A stretch of DNA of 29,501 nt, from positions 1-29,501 of the forward strand of contig JAVRCJ020000062.1 in the NCBI GenBank assembly GCA_034530875.2, in the 5' to 3' direction. Shown here piece by piece: positions 17,701 through 26,896 of the stretch; the stretch's first letter is position 1; each line of letters starts with the position of its first letter. The position numbers and the translations under genes are program-made. The DNA comes from Nostoc sp. DedSLP01 (GTDB lineage Bacteria > Cyanobacteriota > Cyanobacteriia > Cyanobacteriales > Nostocaceae). The notes under the pieces are model-generated. The model made no database searches, was not told the DNA's origin, and saw only the letters and a list, made by a program, of their open reading frames with translations.

Positions 17701-18879
17701 AATAACAAAATTTTCTGTTATCTGATAACTATCAAAAGTAATTTGGATGCTAAAACATTCTCCTATTTCTCCATCAAAGCGTTTCAATTGGATGTAGTTA
17801 TCTTGTTCTCTTGCTTGTACTTCCTGAATAATTTCCTCTGACTCTAAAACCAAAGCTAACTTGATATTAACAGGTAGATATTCTCCATTGGCAGGATGTA
17901 GTTGCACGCGAATACTAACTTGTTGGCTATCCTCTGGTATGAAGGCAACTAATAGCACCACTTTTTGAGACTCTATTTCTATTCCCAAATCAATCAGCTT
18001 GGCTCGTTTGATACTACCAAAACCTGACCCGGAGCTACTCCTGAAATTAAAAGCTAGACTGTTGGAATTGAGGGGCAAAAATGTTTCTACTGCTTCCCAA
18101 GCATTATCGTATATACCTTCTAGCCAACGACTTAGATTCACTCGCACTTGTAATGATTGTGGTTGCTGCCGTTGTTGGTACAAGCGTTGCCGCCACTGCT
18201 CATTCTCTAGTAACGATCCCCAAGTGCTAAATGGTACTGCCAATCTAGAGAAACGAAAAGAAGCATTGCCTAACTGTTGCACCAGATTTTCTGCTTGCTC
18301 GGTAGATAGTTGTGGTAATGGAGCTACAGCCGCTTTCATCTCTTCTGTTCTGCAAAATTGGTAGCTTAAAGAGAAAGCATTGAGGTCTTTTGTCAAATGC
18401 TGTGCATCTATACAATAAGTCTTATCCACTGAGTCATAGTGAGCCAGAGATTTTAGTTCTTTATGGGTTGTGTAACCCCAAATTCGTATCCACTCGCCAT
18501 CCGGTTTGACTTGCACCGCTAAATAGTAGTCTGCTGCCCAACTAGGAATATCTACCCATTCTTGAGGGACTTCTAACTCGCGATCGTCAATTGCTTCACT
18601 GGGAATCAACGCGACTCGCCTTCCCTCTAACAAAATTACTGTGCCATTGACAAATTCCCAAAAAGCTGGAGTACCAGGAAAACTGTACCAAACACTCGCT
18701 TTTGAAAAATCTTCAGTTGAGATCCAATCCAAGAAAGCATGGAGACAAATTTGATTTATGTAAGCGCACCAGCGACTACTAGGCGTGGCATAAACCTGGC
18801 TTTGCTGCCAGGATTGCGCCTGAATTGTTGATGATATTTCTAATAACCATTCTCTGGGATCTGCAAACGCGCAAGTCAT
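17698..18879 (-). CDS. DUF1822 family protein
   Basis: Motifs WEFVNGT, LIPSEAID, VPQEWVDIPSWAADYYLAVQV, IWGY, VNLSRWL and RAKLIDLG, ending ITENFVI. Confidence 0.85.
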   Translation of the reverse strand: MTCAFADPREWLLEISSTIQAQSWQQSQVYATPSSRWCAYINQICLHAFLDWISTEDFSKASVWYSFPGTPAFWEFVNGTVILLEGRRVALIPSEAIDDRELEVPQEWVDIPSWAADYYLAVQVKPDGEWIRIWGYTTHKELKSLAHYDSVDKTYCIDAQHLTKDLNAFSLSYQFCRTEEMKAAVAPLPQLSTEQAENLVQQLGNASFRFSRLAVPFSTWGSLLENEQWRQRLYQQRQQPQSLQVRVNLSRWLEGIYDNAWEAVETFLPLNSNSLAFNFRSSSGSGFGSIKRAKLIDLGIEIESQKVVLLVAFIPEDSQQVSIRVQLHPANGEYLPVNIKLALVLESEEIIQEVQAREQDNYIQLKRFDGEIGECFSIQITFDSYQITENFVI

Positions 18880-18906
18880 TTTTACTACCTTGTGAAAATT
18901 AAGGTT

Positions 18907-20094
18907 TTAGTTTATACCACCATACTGGTTTCTCAACCATTCTTCCAAAGCAAGACTCATATCTTTAATTTGGTTGGAATTAACAGAAATATTCAAATCT
19001 TGGCTCCACTTAAGGAGTGCTGCAAGTATAGATTCTCTACCTTTAACTAGTCTGCGAGACACTGTAGGCTGACTCATCTGCAACTGTTGCATAATCTGCT
19101 GCTGAGTGAGTCCTTGTTCGTAATAAAGCTTAAGTACTTCTTGGGATTGTACATCTAGGCTCTGTAAGGCTTTTAACAATACACCAGACATCTGAGATAT
19201 TTGGTTTTGTCGATTTTGGACATCCTCTTCGGCTATCATATTAGCCATTGGTTCCTCAGAGGATGGGTCTGGCAAATCAAACGTTACTGTCGTGCTATCA
19301 TTTTGCTCGAAAGCATTTAGAGATTTCACAGGTGGAAATAAATAAGCTCGCACGTAGAGAGCTGTCTGGGTTAACCACTGTTCAATTGTCTGGGTGTTGC
19401 GTGCGAGAGTAGGTTGAGTGATTTGGCTTTGGCGTTGGTGGTTGTATAGGTTGGCAATGGCTTCCCAAAGTTGACGATTCGGTTCTGGTAACTGAGAGTT
19501 ACCTCCTGGTTGGTTTTGGATGTACAGTTCCTTGAAACAAGTCCAAGCTAAACAATATTCAGCAATTGCACTTTGTGATAATCCAGCTTCACTAAGAGCT
19601 TCACTAAGCAGCTTTTTGCTCACTTTGCGTAACAATGCCCAATTGGTGCAAATATCAGCTTCCCTACGTTGACGTAAAATATCTTTCAGCCGACTGGACA
19701 TTGCCATGATGGCATAAGCTTTTAAGCTAGAAGATTTTTCTGGGTTGAAGTCTTTAAGAATTGTTTCAACTTCTGCGATCGCCATTTGGAAGTAGTCAGC
19801 GAGCATGTACTGGCTGAAATTAAATTTAGCAACTGTTTTTGAAGCAACCCAATAACATGGTTCTTGTAAATAAGCTAACAAATGCATTCTAGCAAGGTTA
19901 TCAAACCCAGAGCGCCATTGCTTGTACCAGTAAAGCGCCCAAAAGTTCTCTGATTTAAGTGCTGATGACGATCGCTCCAAGTGGTTTTGGATATTTCTAT
20001 ACAGTTTGCGATCGGTCAACCATTTGCTGAATCTGCCTCTTTCCAACTCCACGAATGTTGAAAACATATCCGTAATTTCTTGGCGAGGACGCAT
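18907..20094 (-). CDS. Sigma-70 family RNA polymerase sigma factor (cyanobacterial DUF1822-associated type)
   Basis: Region-2-like LADYFQMAI...FNPEKSSSLKAYA and region-4 HTH LKLYYEQGLTQQQIMQQLQMSQPTVSRRL. ATG at 20094 (MRPRQ). Confidence 0.88.
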   Translation of the reverse strand: MRPRQEITDMFSTFVELERGRFSKWLTDRKLYRNIQNHLERSSSALKSENFWALYWYKQWRSGFDNLARMHLLAYLQEPCYWVASKTVAKFNFSQYMLADYFQMAIAEVETILKDFNPEKSSSLKAYAIMAMSSRLKDILRQRREADICTNWALLRKVSKKLLSEALSEAGLSQSAIAEYCLAWTCFKELYIQNQPGGNSQLPEPNRQLWEAIANLYNHQRQSQITQPTLARNTQTIEQWLTQTALYVRAYLFPPVKSLNAFEQNDSTTVTFDLPDPSSEEPMANMIAEEDVQNRQNQISQMSGVLLKALQSLDVQSQEVLKLYYEQGLTQQQIMQQLQMSQPTVSRRLVKGRESILAALLKWSQDLNISVNSNQIKDMSLALEEWLRNQYGGIN

Positions 20095-20424
20095 AAGCAA
20101 TTTAAAATATAAATTGAAGCAGGACTCAAGCAACTAAGTAGATAGGCACAAATAAATTTAACTATCTAATGAAAACCAAAACGCCTAAAAGTCTTTACCT
20201 TCGGCGTAGCTGCTTTGTCTCATGGATAAATAAGTACGCGTACCTATTTATCACCTATGTTTAAGATATTATCCCACATCAGTAATATTCCTAAGCTTAC
20301 AGAGCCTCACAACTTCTTTGCTTCAACTCTTTCTTTTATTCGGTAAAAAAACATCAAGATCTGACTTTTCCGTTAAGCCTCAAAAAGCTTGTTCGCAAGG
20401 GATTTATAGAAAAGCACAGTAGAT

Positions 20425-20568
20425 CTCGGATGGCTCAATCGATTTCGGCGTTTGAGTAAGGATTATGAGTTGTACACACAGTTCAAGTGAAGCCACGATC
20501 TATGGCTCATTGATTCGTCTGATGGTAAAGCGCATAGCATCTTAAGCTTTTGTTTACGAATTAGCTAT
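20425..20568 (+). pseudogene. 3' remnant of an IS5-family (IS1031-like) transposase
   Basis: Not in the ORF track. Reads LGWLNRFRRLSKDYELYTQF, then a frameshift, then SEATIYGSLIRLMVKRIAS* (stop 20543-20545). Confidence 0.8.
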
Positions 20569-20734
20569 TACAGCAGATTGAAAGTAAGTGAGAACAGGAC
20601 TGATTCATCAAAGATAAAGAGTTTCTTTCTAACTCCTACCTCCTCCTGCCGACGCTCGCGGACACGGCGAATCGCTGCTCTATCCTGCCTCAAAACCCGT
20701 AACTTTGTACTTCATGTAAATGAAAACTGCTGTA
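20569..20734. mobile_element. MITE-like element with TACAGCAG termini (IS630-like TA ends)
   Basis: TACAGCAG at 20569 and CTGCTGTA at 20727-20734, weaker complementarity further inward, and internal CTCCTGCC repeats. Confidence 0.6.
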
Positions 20735-20736
20735 TA

Positions 20737-22461
20737 TCAAAACGGCTGATAGCGTACTGAAAAATTAAAGCCATTATCTTGCAGTGAACTACCGCTTTTG
20801 CTTGTTTCAATTAATGGTAAACCGTAGTCTGCACGTAATACCAAACCGTTAAAAGGCTGCCATTGTAATCCTAATCCTATGCTAGCCAAGGTTTGCGGGT
20901 CGGGGTTGCTCGCACGATTGTTCCAAACTGTACCGATGTCAAAAAATGGCAGTAACTGTAGGGTTTCTACATTCGATGCTAAGGGAATCCTAACTTCCAC
21001 ACCTCCAACTACTCCATTGTCTGCAACAAGTTGATTTTGAGAATAACCGCGCACTGTCTCAACTCCGCCAATGCTAATTTTTTCTAACGTCAGTAAGGAA
21101 TCAGGTGTTAGTTGAGTGTTAATTTTGGCCAGGATTAAGACACGAGGTGATAGCCGCTGTACCCATTGAAATTGTCCTACCCATGAGAAAAAACGCCCAT
21201 CAGTACCTGTATCATTGATGGTTGCATCAAATGCATCTATGCCAAAACTAAATTGCGATCGCGCCGCTAAGACAGTGTTAGCATTACGTTGTAACCAATC
21301 TTGGGAAAAGCGGATGACCGTAACTTTTGATTTTCCATTTTCGGGACCTTCGCCGAAAGTGTAGGGGATATCATTAAAGATATAGGTTTGACTGCGCCGC
21401 AAATCGAATGCTAAAGAGAGAGCTAATTCGTTATTTGGAGTATAAATTAGCGGTTGACGGACATTAAAAGAAATAGTTTCGGCTTCGCTGCGGATATTCA
21501 ACTCACGAAATAGGCTTTCAATAATACGGCTACCACTGTTGCTGTAACGGATACCAATAGTTCCATCTAAAGCGTTAAAGGGAACAGAATAATTGATATC
21601 GTAAATATCTAAGCCTTCAGTAATACCATATTCAGCACTCAATCGATCTCCAAACCCTAACAAATTATCGCGAGCAACAAAAATATTCCCTTGTTGCGAA
21701 CCAACGCTAGTTGGCTGGTTATTTGCAAAGGTAATTCCTGCATGGAATGGCTGGGATTCGGTAATTTTCACCTGTAAAATATTGCTACCTGAAGTGCTAC
21801 CTGCGGTTAACTCAGCATTAACTCGTTCAATTGCTGGGTCAAGTTGTAATAATTGCAGTGCTTCTTCCAAGCTATTTTTATTTAATGGTTTTCTGGCAAA
21901 TCGCTTAATCCGAGAACGCACATATACAGGTCGCAATCTTTGTAATCCTACAATGGAAATTCCTTCCAGTTCGCCTTCTACAACTTGGATTTGCACAACA
22001 CCACTAGCAACATTTTGATTGTTGGGAATAAATGCACCACTAGTGATGTAACCATTTTTAACATAAAGTTCAGTGATTTGCGATCGCAGTTGCAATAACT
22101 GCTCAAATGTAATTTTTTTATTTTCTAAGGGCTGTTTTAACTTAATGATTTCATCTTCTAAAACAGAATAGCCTCTAATTTGGATTTCTTTGACAAAAAA
22201 ACTTTCACCACTGGGAAAGGTTATGTCTGGTAGATTTTCTTGTGGGGATGATGGAAGTATGGGTACAGTTGGACTGTATGGAGTGAAAGAAGGCTGTGGT
22301 GATGGCGATCGGGGTAGAGTTTGTTCGACTTTCCCTGGTGTACCGGGGGGAATCGTTACTCCCGATGGGGGTTTTGATTGTGCCAATGTAGCAGATGGAG
22401 TGATACAGATGCAAGAAAGTAATATTAAAAACAGCTGTTGAATCCGAAGGTAGCAAACCAT
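20737..22461 (-). CDS. ShlB/FhaC/HecB family two-partner secretion outer-membrane transporter (TpsB)
   Basis: Signal peptide, Pro-rich linker, POTRA (LYVKNGYITSGA, IQVVEG), barrel motif VRGY and C-terminal Phe. Confidence 0.95.
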   Translation of the reverse strand: MVCYLRIQQLFLILLSCICITPSATLAQSKPPSGVTIPPGTPGKVEQTLPRSPSPQPSFTPYSPTVPILPSSPQENLPDITFPSGESFFVKEIQIRGYSVLEDEIIKLKQPLENKKITFEQLLQLRSQITELYVKNGYITSGAFIPNNQNVASGVVQIQVVEGELEGISIVGLQRLRPVYVRSRIKRFARKPLNKNSLEEALQLLQLDPAIERVNAELTAGSTSGSNILQVKITESQPFHAGITFANNQPTSVGSQQGNIFVARDNLLGFGDRLSAEYGITEGLDIYDINYSVPFNALDGTIGIRYSNSGSRIIESLFRELNIRSEAETISFNVRQPLIYTPNNELALSLAFDLRRSQTYIFNDIPYTFGEGPENGKSKVTVIRFSQDWLQRNANTVLAARSQFSFGIDAFDATINDTGTDGRFFSWVGQFQWVQRLSPRVLILAKINTQLTPDSLLTLEKISIGGVETVRGYSQNQLVADNGVVGGVEVRIPLASNVETLQLLPFFDIGTVWNNRASNPDPQTLASIGLGLQWQPFNGLVLRADYGLPLIETSKSGSSLQDNGFNFSVRYQPF

Positions 22462-22510
22462 TGTTTATGCATGAGATATGTGAATTCGCTCTAAAAGAGT
22501 ATGATTTTTA

Positions 22511-22631
22511 ACGTTGCTCCCATTAAGTGATAATTCTTTTGGAGTAGAGCAGAAAGCCTGCCGCAGAAATACAACAAGCAAGATGCTCATTCCAGAAAGC
22601 CAACAAAATTATCCTGCAAAGGGAGCAACGT
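22511..22631. mobile_element. MITE-like inverted-repeat element
   Basis: Perfect 11-bp inverted ends ACGTTGCTCCC / GGGAGCAACGT, with an inner GATAATT/AATTATC pair. Confidence 0.6.
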
Positions 22632-22745
22632 CTGATTTTTTAAGTACTATTACTTCATCAAAATAATACAATAGTTTTGCTGGCGATTGAATGACTTGTG
22701 CAGAAAACTGTAAGTGCTATTTTTGCTATATGTGCAATATTTTCT

Positions 22746-25493
22746 TTAATCGCAAGTCCTACTCAAGATTAGTTGCCCATCAGGTAATCGGTACAACCCT
22801 TGTGCTTCAATGATAGGGTCGCCTTTTTTCCAAGGACGCGATGTTGGTTCAATATTACGTACTTCACCAGTTGAATAGTCAGACATTAATGCATCGCCTG
22901 GGCTATTGCGTAAAGCACCAGAACCCGTGATGGTAAAAGAGTTTTCTTGCCGTTGATTGCCTCGTGAAATGCAGCTATTGGCAATCAGTGCGTTGGTGTC
23001 AATCACGTTTGGTGATATTTGGGTGAAGCTGTTTTGAATGGAACTGTTATCGGGTGTATTTAGTTCGACAGTACCATTTAACTCAGGACTTTTCCCAATA
23101 GCGGTAATGTCACTTTGACCAGTTAGTTCTGTGCGGGACTTAATACCAAAGATACCTCCTTTTTGAAGATTAATCTTAATAGTCCCACCTTTACCATTGA
23201 AAGCATCAGCACTAATATCGCTATTCTCGTTGGGAAACGCCACGATGAATTTGCCATTAATGGTAATATTACCACCAGCACTAGCAGTTTCAGCATTTGT
23301 AGAAATTTTACTACCGTTACGTAGTAATAATAAGTCTGCCAGATTTAGGGTAATGTTACCGCCAGTATTGCTGCTGGTTGCGGTGGAAATTGTCCCCCGA
23401 TCCAGGATAAGAGAACCTGCGATAAGCTTGATATTACCGCCACTCCCTTTTCCCTGGCTATAGGCAGAGATAGTTGCTCCATCTCGAAGAATCAAAGTTT
23501 TGGAGTCGGTCGTAATATTGCCACCCTTGCTAGCAGAATCTTCAATTGTATTGGCTGATATTCGTGTGTTTGAGCCAGAAACGATGATGTTATCTTTTAC
23601 TTTGAGGGTGATATTACCTGCATCTCCGTTTCCTTTAGTACTGGCACTCAGTTGGGCACCATTGGTAACTACTAGGGAGTTAGTGGTAATCGATACATTC
23701 CCACCTTTGCCTGTTGCTTTAAGGTCGACTCGGCTTGATGCCCCACTGGGAAATTTGCCTTCTCCGTCAAACTTGATTACATCTGTGGCAATTATGGTGA
23801 TACTGCCCGCATCTCCTTTGCCATAAGTGCCGCTATCAAGTCCGGCACCATTGAGTACCTCAAGCGAGCCAGTGGTAATCGATATACTCCCAGCGTTGCC
23901 TACGTTTCCAGAATTGGTTTGGCTGGATGCTCCACTACCTTGTCCTTTGTTGCTTTCACCATCAAACTTGGTTGTGTCTTTTGCAGTAATGGTGACACTG
24001 CCCGCATCTCCTTTGCCATTGGTACTGGCATCAAGTCGAGCACCATTGAGTACTTCAAGCGAGTTAGTAGTAATTGATATACTCCCACCTTTGTATCCTG
24101 TTTGAGAATACTTAGTGATTCCGCTGAATGCTCCACTAGCGTCTCCATCCTTGCTTTCACCATCAAACTTGATTGTGTCTTTTGCAGTAATGGTGACACT
24201 GCCCGCATCTCCTTTGCCATAGGTACTGACTTCAAGTCGGGCACCATTGGTAACTGCTAGGGAGCCAGTGCTAATCGATACACTCCCACCTTTGCCTACT
24301 GCTCCAGGGATGACTCGGCTGAATGCCCCACTGGAAAATGTGCCTTCACCATCAAACTTGATTGCGTCTTTTGCAGTAATGGTGACACTGCCCGCATCTC
24401 CTTTGCTAAAAGTAGTGGCATCAAGTCGGGCACCATTAAGTACTTCAAGCGAGCCAGTGGTAATCAATATACTCCCACCTTTGCCTGCTCCATGAAGATT
24501 GACTTGGCTGAATGCTCCACTAGGTTCTCCATCCTTGCTTTCACCATCAAACTTGATTGCATCTGTGGCATCAATTGTAATATCTCCTGCCTGAAACTCT
24601 GGTCTATCCAAACCTTTAGGGATACCAGTAAAAAGTTGACTTCCTTGTGTTACCTCGAAATTTCTGGCATTAACTGTAATCGAGCCTCCCCCACCAACAC
24701 GCACATCAACTTTTGCCGCATTGAACATTGATATATCTGCTCTGGCTAGATTATTTGGAAAACTCAAACTGCCATCACCATTTAACCCAATCGTTCCGGC
24801 TGCTGAAACACCGCCTAACTCAACTCGTCCTCTCGGTGCGAGCAACCTTCCACCATCAATATTTACTGCACCGCCTGCTAAAGTTAAGCTTTGACCTCCC
24901 TGAACCTGTAAAGTTGCTCCCTGCACTTGAATTGCACCTGGATTGCTGCCATACTGCAACCCTACAGGCACACTCACCGTCAGTAATGAAGGTGTTTGAG
25001 GGTTTGTGGCACTAAATAATTCTTGATTGCCAAACTCTACTCCATTAGCTGTTGTGCCGACAAAACTCCCTTGCAAATCTAACTTTGCATTCTGCCCAAA
25101 TACTATTCCTGCTGGATTAATCAAAAACAAATTGGCAGCACCATCCACTCCCAAAGTCCCGAAAATATTTGATGCCTTCCCACCTGTTACCCGCGTCAAG
25201 ATATTTTCTACCCCAGTGGGGTTGGCAAAATACACGCGTTGCCCTTGGTTGATATTAAACTCGCTGAAACTATGAAACAGATTGCTGTCGCGTCTTGCAC
25301 CACCTTCAATTCCATCAGCTACTTTGCCATTAATTATCTGATTTTGATTCAAGCCAGAAGCTTCTGTACCCAAGGTGTTATCCGGTATGATTTGCCCTTG
25401 AACTGGTGAAGCAATCCTGAATGCCGTCCAAATGATGTATAAATAAACAATACTTTTAATACTCAGTTTTTCTAATGGATGTACCCGATTCAT
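22746..25493 (-). CDS. Filamentous haemagglutinin N-terminal-domain exoprotein (TpsA-like) #2
   Basis: Signal-like N-terminus (VQG|QIIPD), NLFHSFSEF, TRVTGG and LINPAG, five KFDGE repeats, and a C-terminal C...TGSGAL...IIEAQG...C domain. The ATG at 25493 is preferred over the TTG at 25535. Confidence 0.92.
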   Translation of the reverse strand: MNRVHPLEKLSIKSIVYLYIIWTAFRIASPVQGQIIPDNTLGTEASGLNQNQIINGKVADGIEGGARRDSNLFHSFSEFNINQGQRVYFANPTGVENILTRVTGGKASNIFGTLGVDGAANLFLINPAGIVFGQNAKLDLQGSFVGTTANGVEFGNQELFSATNPQTPSLLTVSVPVGLQYGSNPGAIQVQGATLQVQGGQSLTLAGGAVNIDGGRLLAPRGRVELGGVSAAGTIGLNGDGSLSFPNNLARADISMFNAAKVDVRVGGGGSITVNARNFEVTQGSQLFTGIPKGLDRPEFQAGDITIDATDAIKFDGESKDGEPSGAFSQVNLHGAGKGGSILITTGSLEVLNGARLDATTFSKGDAGSVTITAKDAIKFDGEGTFSSGAFSRVIPGAVGKGGSVSISTGSLAVTNGARLEVSTYGKGDAGSVTITAKDTIKFDGESKDGDASGAFSGITKYSQTGYKGGSISITTNSLEVLNGARLDASTNGKGDAGSVTITAKDTTKFDGESNKGQGSGASSQTNSGNVGNAGSISITTGSLEVLNGAGLDSGTYGKGDAGSITIIATDVIKFDGEGKFPSGASSRVDLKATGKGGNVSITTNSLVVTNGAQLSASTKGNGDAGNITLKVKDNIIVSGSNTRISANTIEDSASKGGNITTDSKTLILRDGATISAYSQGKGSGGNIKLIAGSLILDRGTISTATSSNTGGNITLNLADLLLLRNGSKISTNAETASAGGNITINGKFIVAFPNENSDISADAFNGKGGTIKINLQKGGIFGIKSRTELTGQSDITAIGKSPELNGTVELNTPDNSSIQNSFTQISPNVIDTNALIANSCISRGNQRQENSFTITGSGALRNSPGDALMSDYSTGEVRNIEPTSRPWKKGDPIIEAQGLYRLPDGQLILSRTCD

Positions 25494-25709
25494 AAATAAA
25501 TTACCTGAGATAAAATCCAATTCACGATATCTCAACAGCTACACCTGAATCTGAAAATGGCTCTCACTCAAACAAATGTTTATTAACTGTACTTATGCTA
25601 CACCAGCTTTGCTCCAAATAATACAGTTAAAGTTTTTTGCCGCATAAGTAAATGAGAAAAAAACTCAGTTGAATACGAGATATTTAAGAAATACGAACGA
25701 GCTAGCAAG

Positions 25710-26303
25710 CTATTCATTGCTAAGAACTTGGATTATGTCACCTCGCCCAATCCTACGTAAATAATTGATGAAAAGATACATTATTGTTGGTTGATTACGT
25801 GTTGGACGCAAGGCATATTCTTCTATAGTGGCAAACAGTAATCTATCTTGCAGGTGTCTATCATTAGTAAATTCAGCGATGCAAGCCATTTGCTGTTGCA
25901 GATAGATATCATTTTGCAGTAATTCCTGAATCACTTCTTGTAATATATCTATCAAACAGTGTTGGCGATCGCGACTGGAAGCTATCCAAGTTGGAATGTG
26001 GCTGCGGTAAATAACTAAACTTCCCAATCGTATGATTAAGTTGCGATAAGCTCCTTCTCTAGAGCTTCTTAAGTAGCGTTGGCGTAAAATTTTCCAGCGA
26101 TGCTCCATTGCTTGCTCGATCGTCTCCAGTTCTAATGGTTCAACTTGTTCAAACTGTCTTAAGTCCGTTTTCAAAAGCCAACAAACAATACTCTCTCTGG
26201 TAGTTGCACTTTGCTCTGGGCATTCCTGTACTAGACGTTTGTGCCAATACTGCTTTAGTGTTACAGCATTTTCTGCGATAAGAAGATTGTATTTATTAAA
26301 CAT
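25710..26303 (-). CDS. HetZ-related protein, N-terminal portion only (short or truncated)
   Basis: YWHKRLVQECPEQS, ESIVCWLL, RQRYL, AYRNLIIRLGSLV, SRDRQ and EEYALRP recall the cyanobacterial HetZ-related family; no C-terminal HTH is present. Confidence 0.7.
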   Translation of the reverse strand: MFNKYNLLIAENAVTLKQYWHKRLVQECPEQSATTRESIVCWLLKTDLRQFEQVEPLELETIEQAMEHRWKILRQRYLRSSREGAYRNLIIRLGSLVIYRSHIPTWIASSRDRQHCLIDILQEVIQELLQNDIYLQQQMACIAEFTNDRHLQDRLLFATIEEYALRPTRNQPTIMYLFINYLRRIGRGDIIQVLSNE

Positions 26304-26467
26304 TTTGCATCATGGCTCCTTTGCTGCCTTTAGCGTTATTTGCTTGTGTTTAGTGGTTGCACAACTTTTCGGGTTACATACAAGGTATATAGGAATCAAA
26401 CTCTAATGGTTACTGACTTATGACTGACTTGAGCGCGTAAAATTGAAATAGTTGCCAGCAATTAGCT

Positions 26468-26737
26468 ATGCCAAGATCGGTCAAAGTTCGTAGCGATCGC
26501 ATTGAGAAAGTCAAATTAGCACTCAAGCGTAATACCTATCCCAGTCAAAGAATTTTGGCTCAAGAGGTAGGGCTGGCTCTAGCAACAGTTAGTAACTTCC
26601 TGACAGGTAAACCTGTAGACCATGCGACTTTTAAAGAACTCTGTCAGAGATTGGCGCTAGATTGGAGAGAAATCGCGGATTTGGAAGTTTCATCAGTTGT
26701 CCTAAGTACTTTGTCTGAGTGGTTTGTTAAAGCTTGA
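26468..26737 (+). CDS. Stand-alone XRE-like helix-turn-helix protein (possible truncation)
   Basis: SQRILAQEVGLALATVSNFLTGKPV...LCQRLALDWREI, the HTH module usually seen N-terminal to cyanobacterial AAA/NACHT proteins. Confidence 0.75.
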   Translation: MPRSVKVRSDRIEKVKLALKRNTYPSQRILAQEVGLALATVSNFLTGKPVDHATFKELCQRLALDWREIADLEVSSVVLSTLSEWFVKA

Positions 26738-26896
26738 GTTTTTACATAACACTTAGATTAAATAAAAAGACCTGATAATGTATTCACCTTTCATGCATAG
26801 CCGATTACATGATTTTTACCTTGTAATTACATGCTTGTGTATTCTCTTGTGCAGAAAACTGTACATACTATTTTCACTATATGTGCAATATTTTCT

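Larger units (their letters stand above)
922..26500. repeat. Dispersed HIP1 octamers (GCGATCGC)
   Basis: Seen for example at 922, 3107, 4981, 5147, 9181, 9401, 11889, 15363 and 26493; a hallmark of cyanobacterial DNA. Confidence 0.85.
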
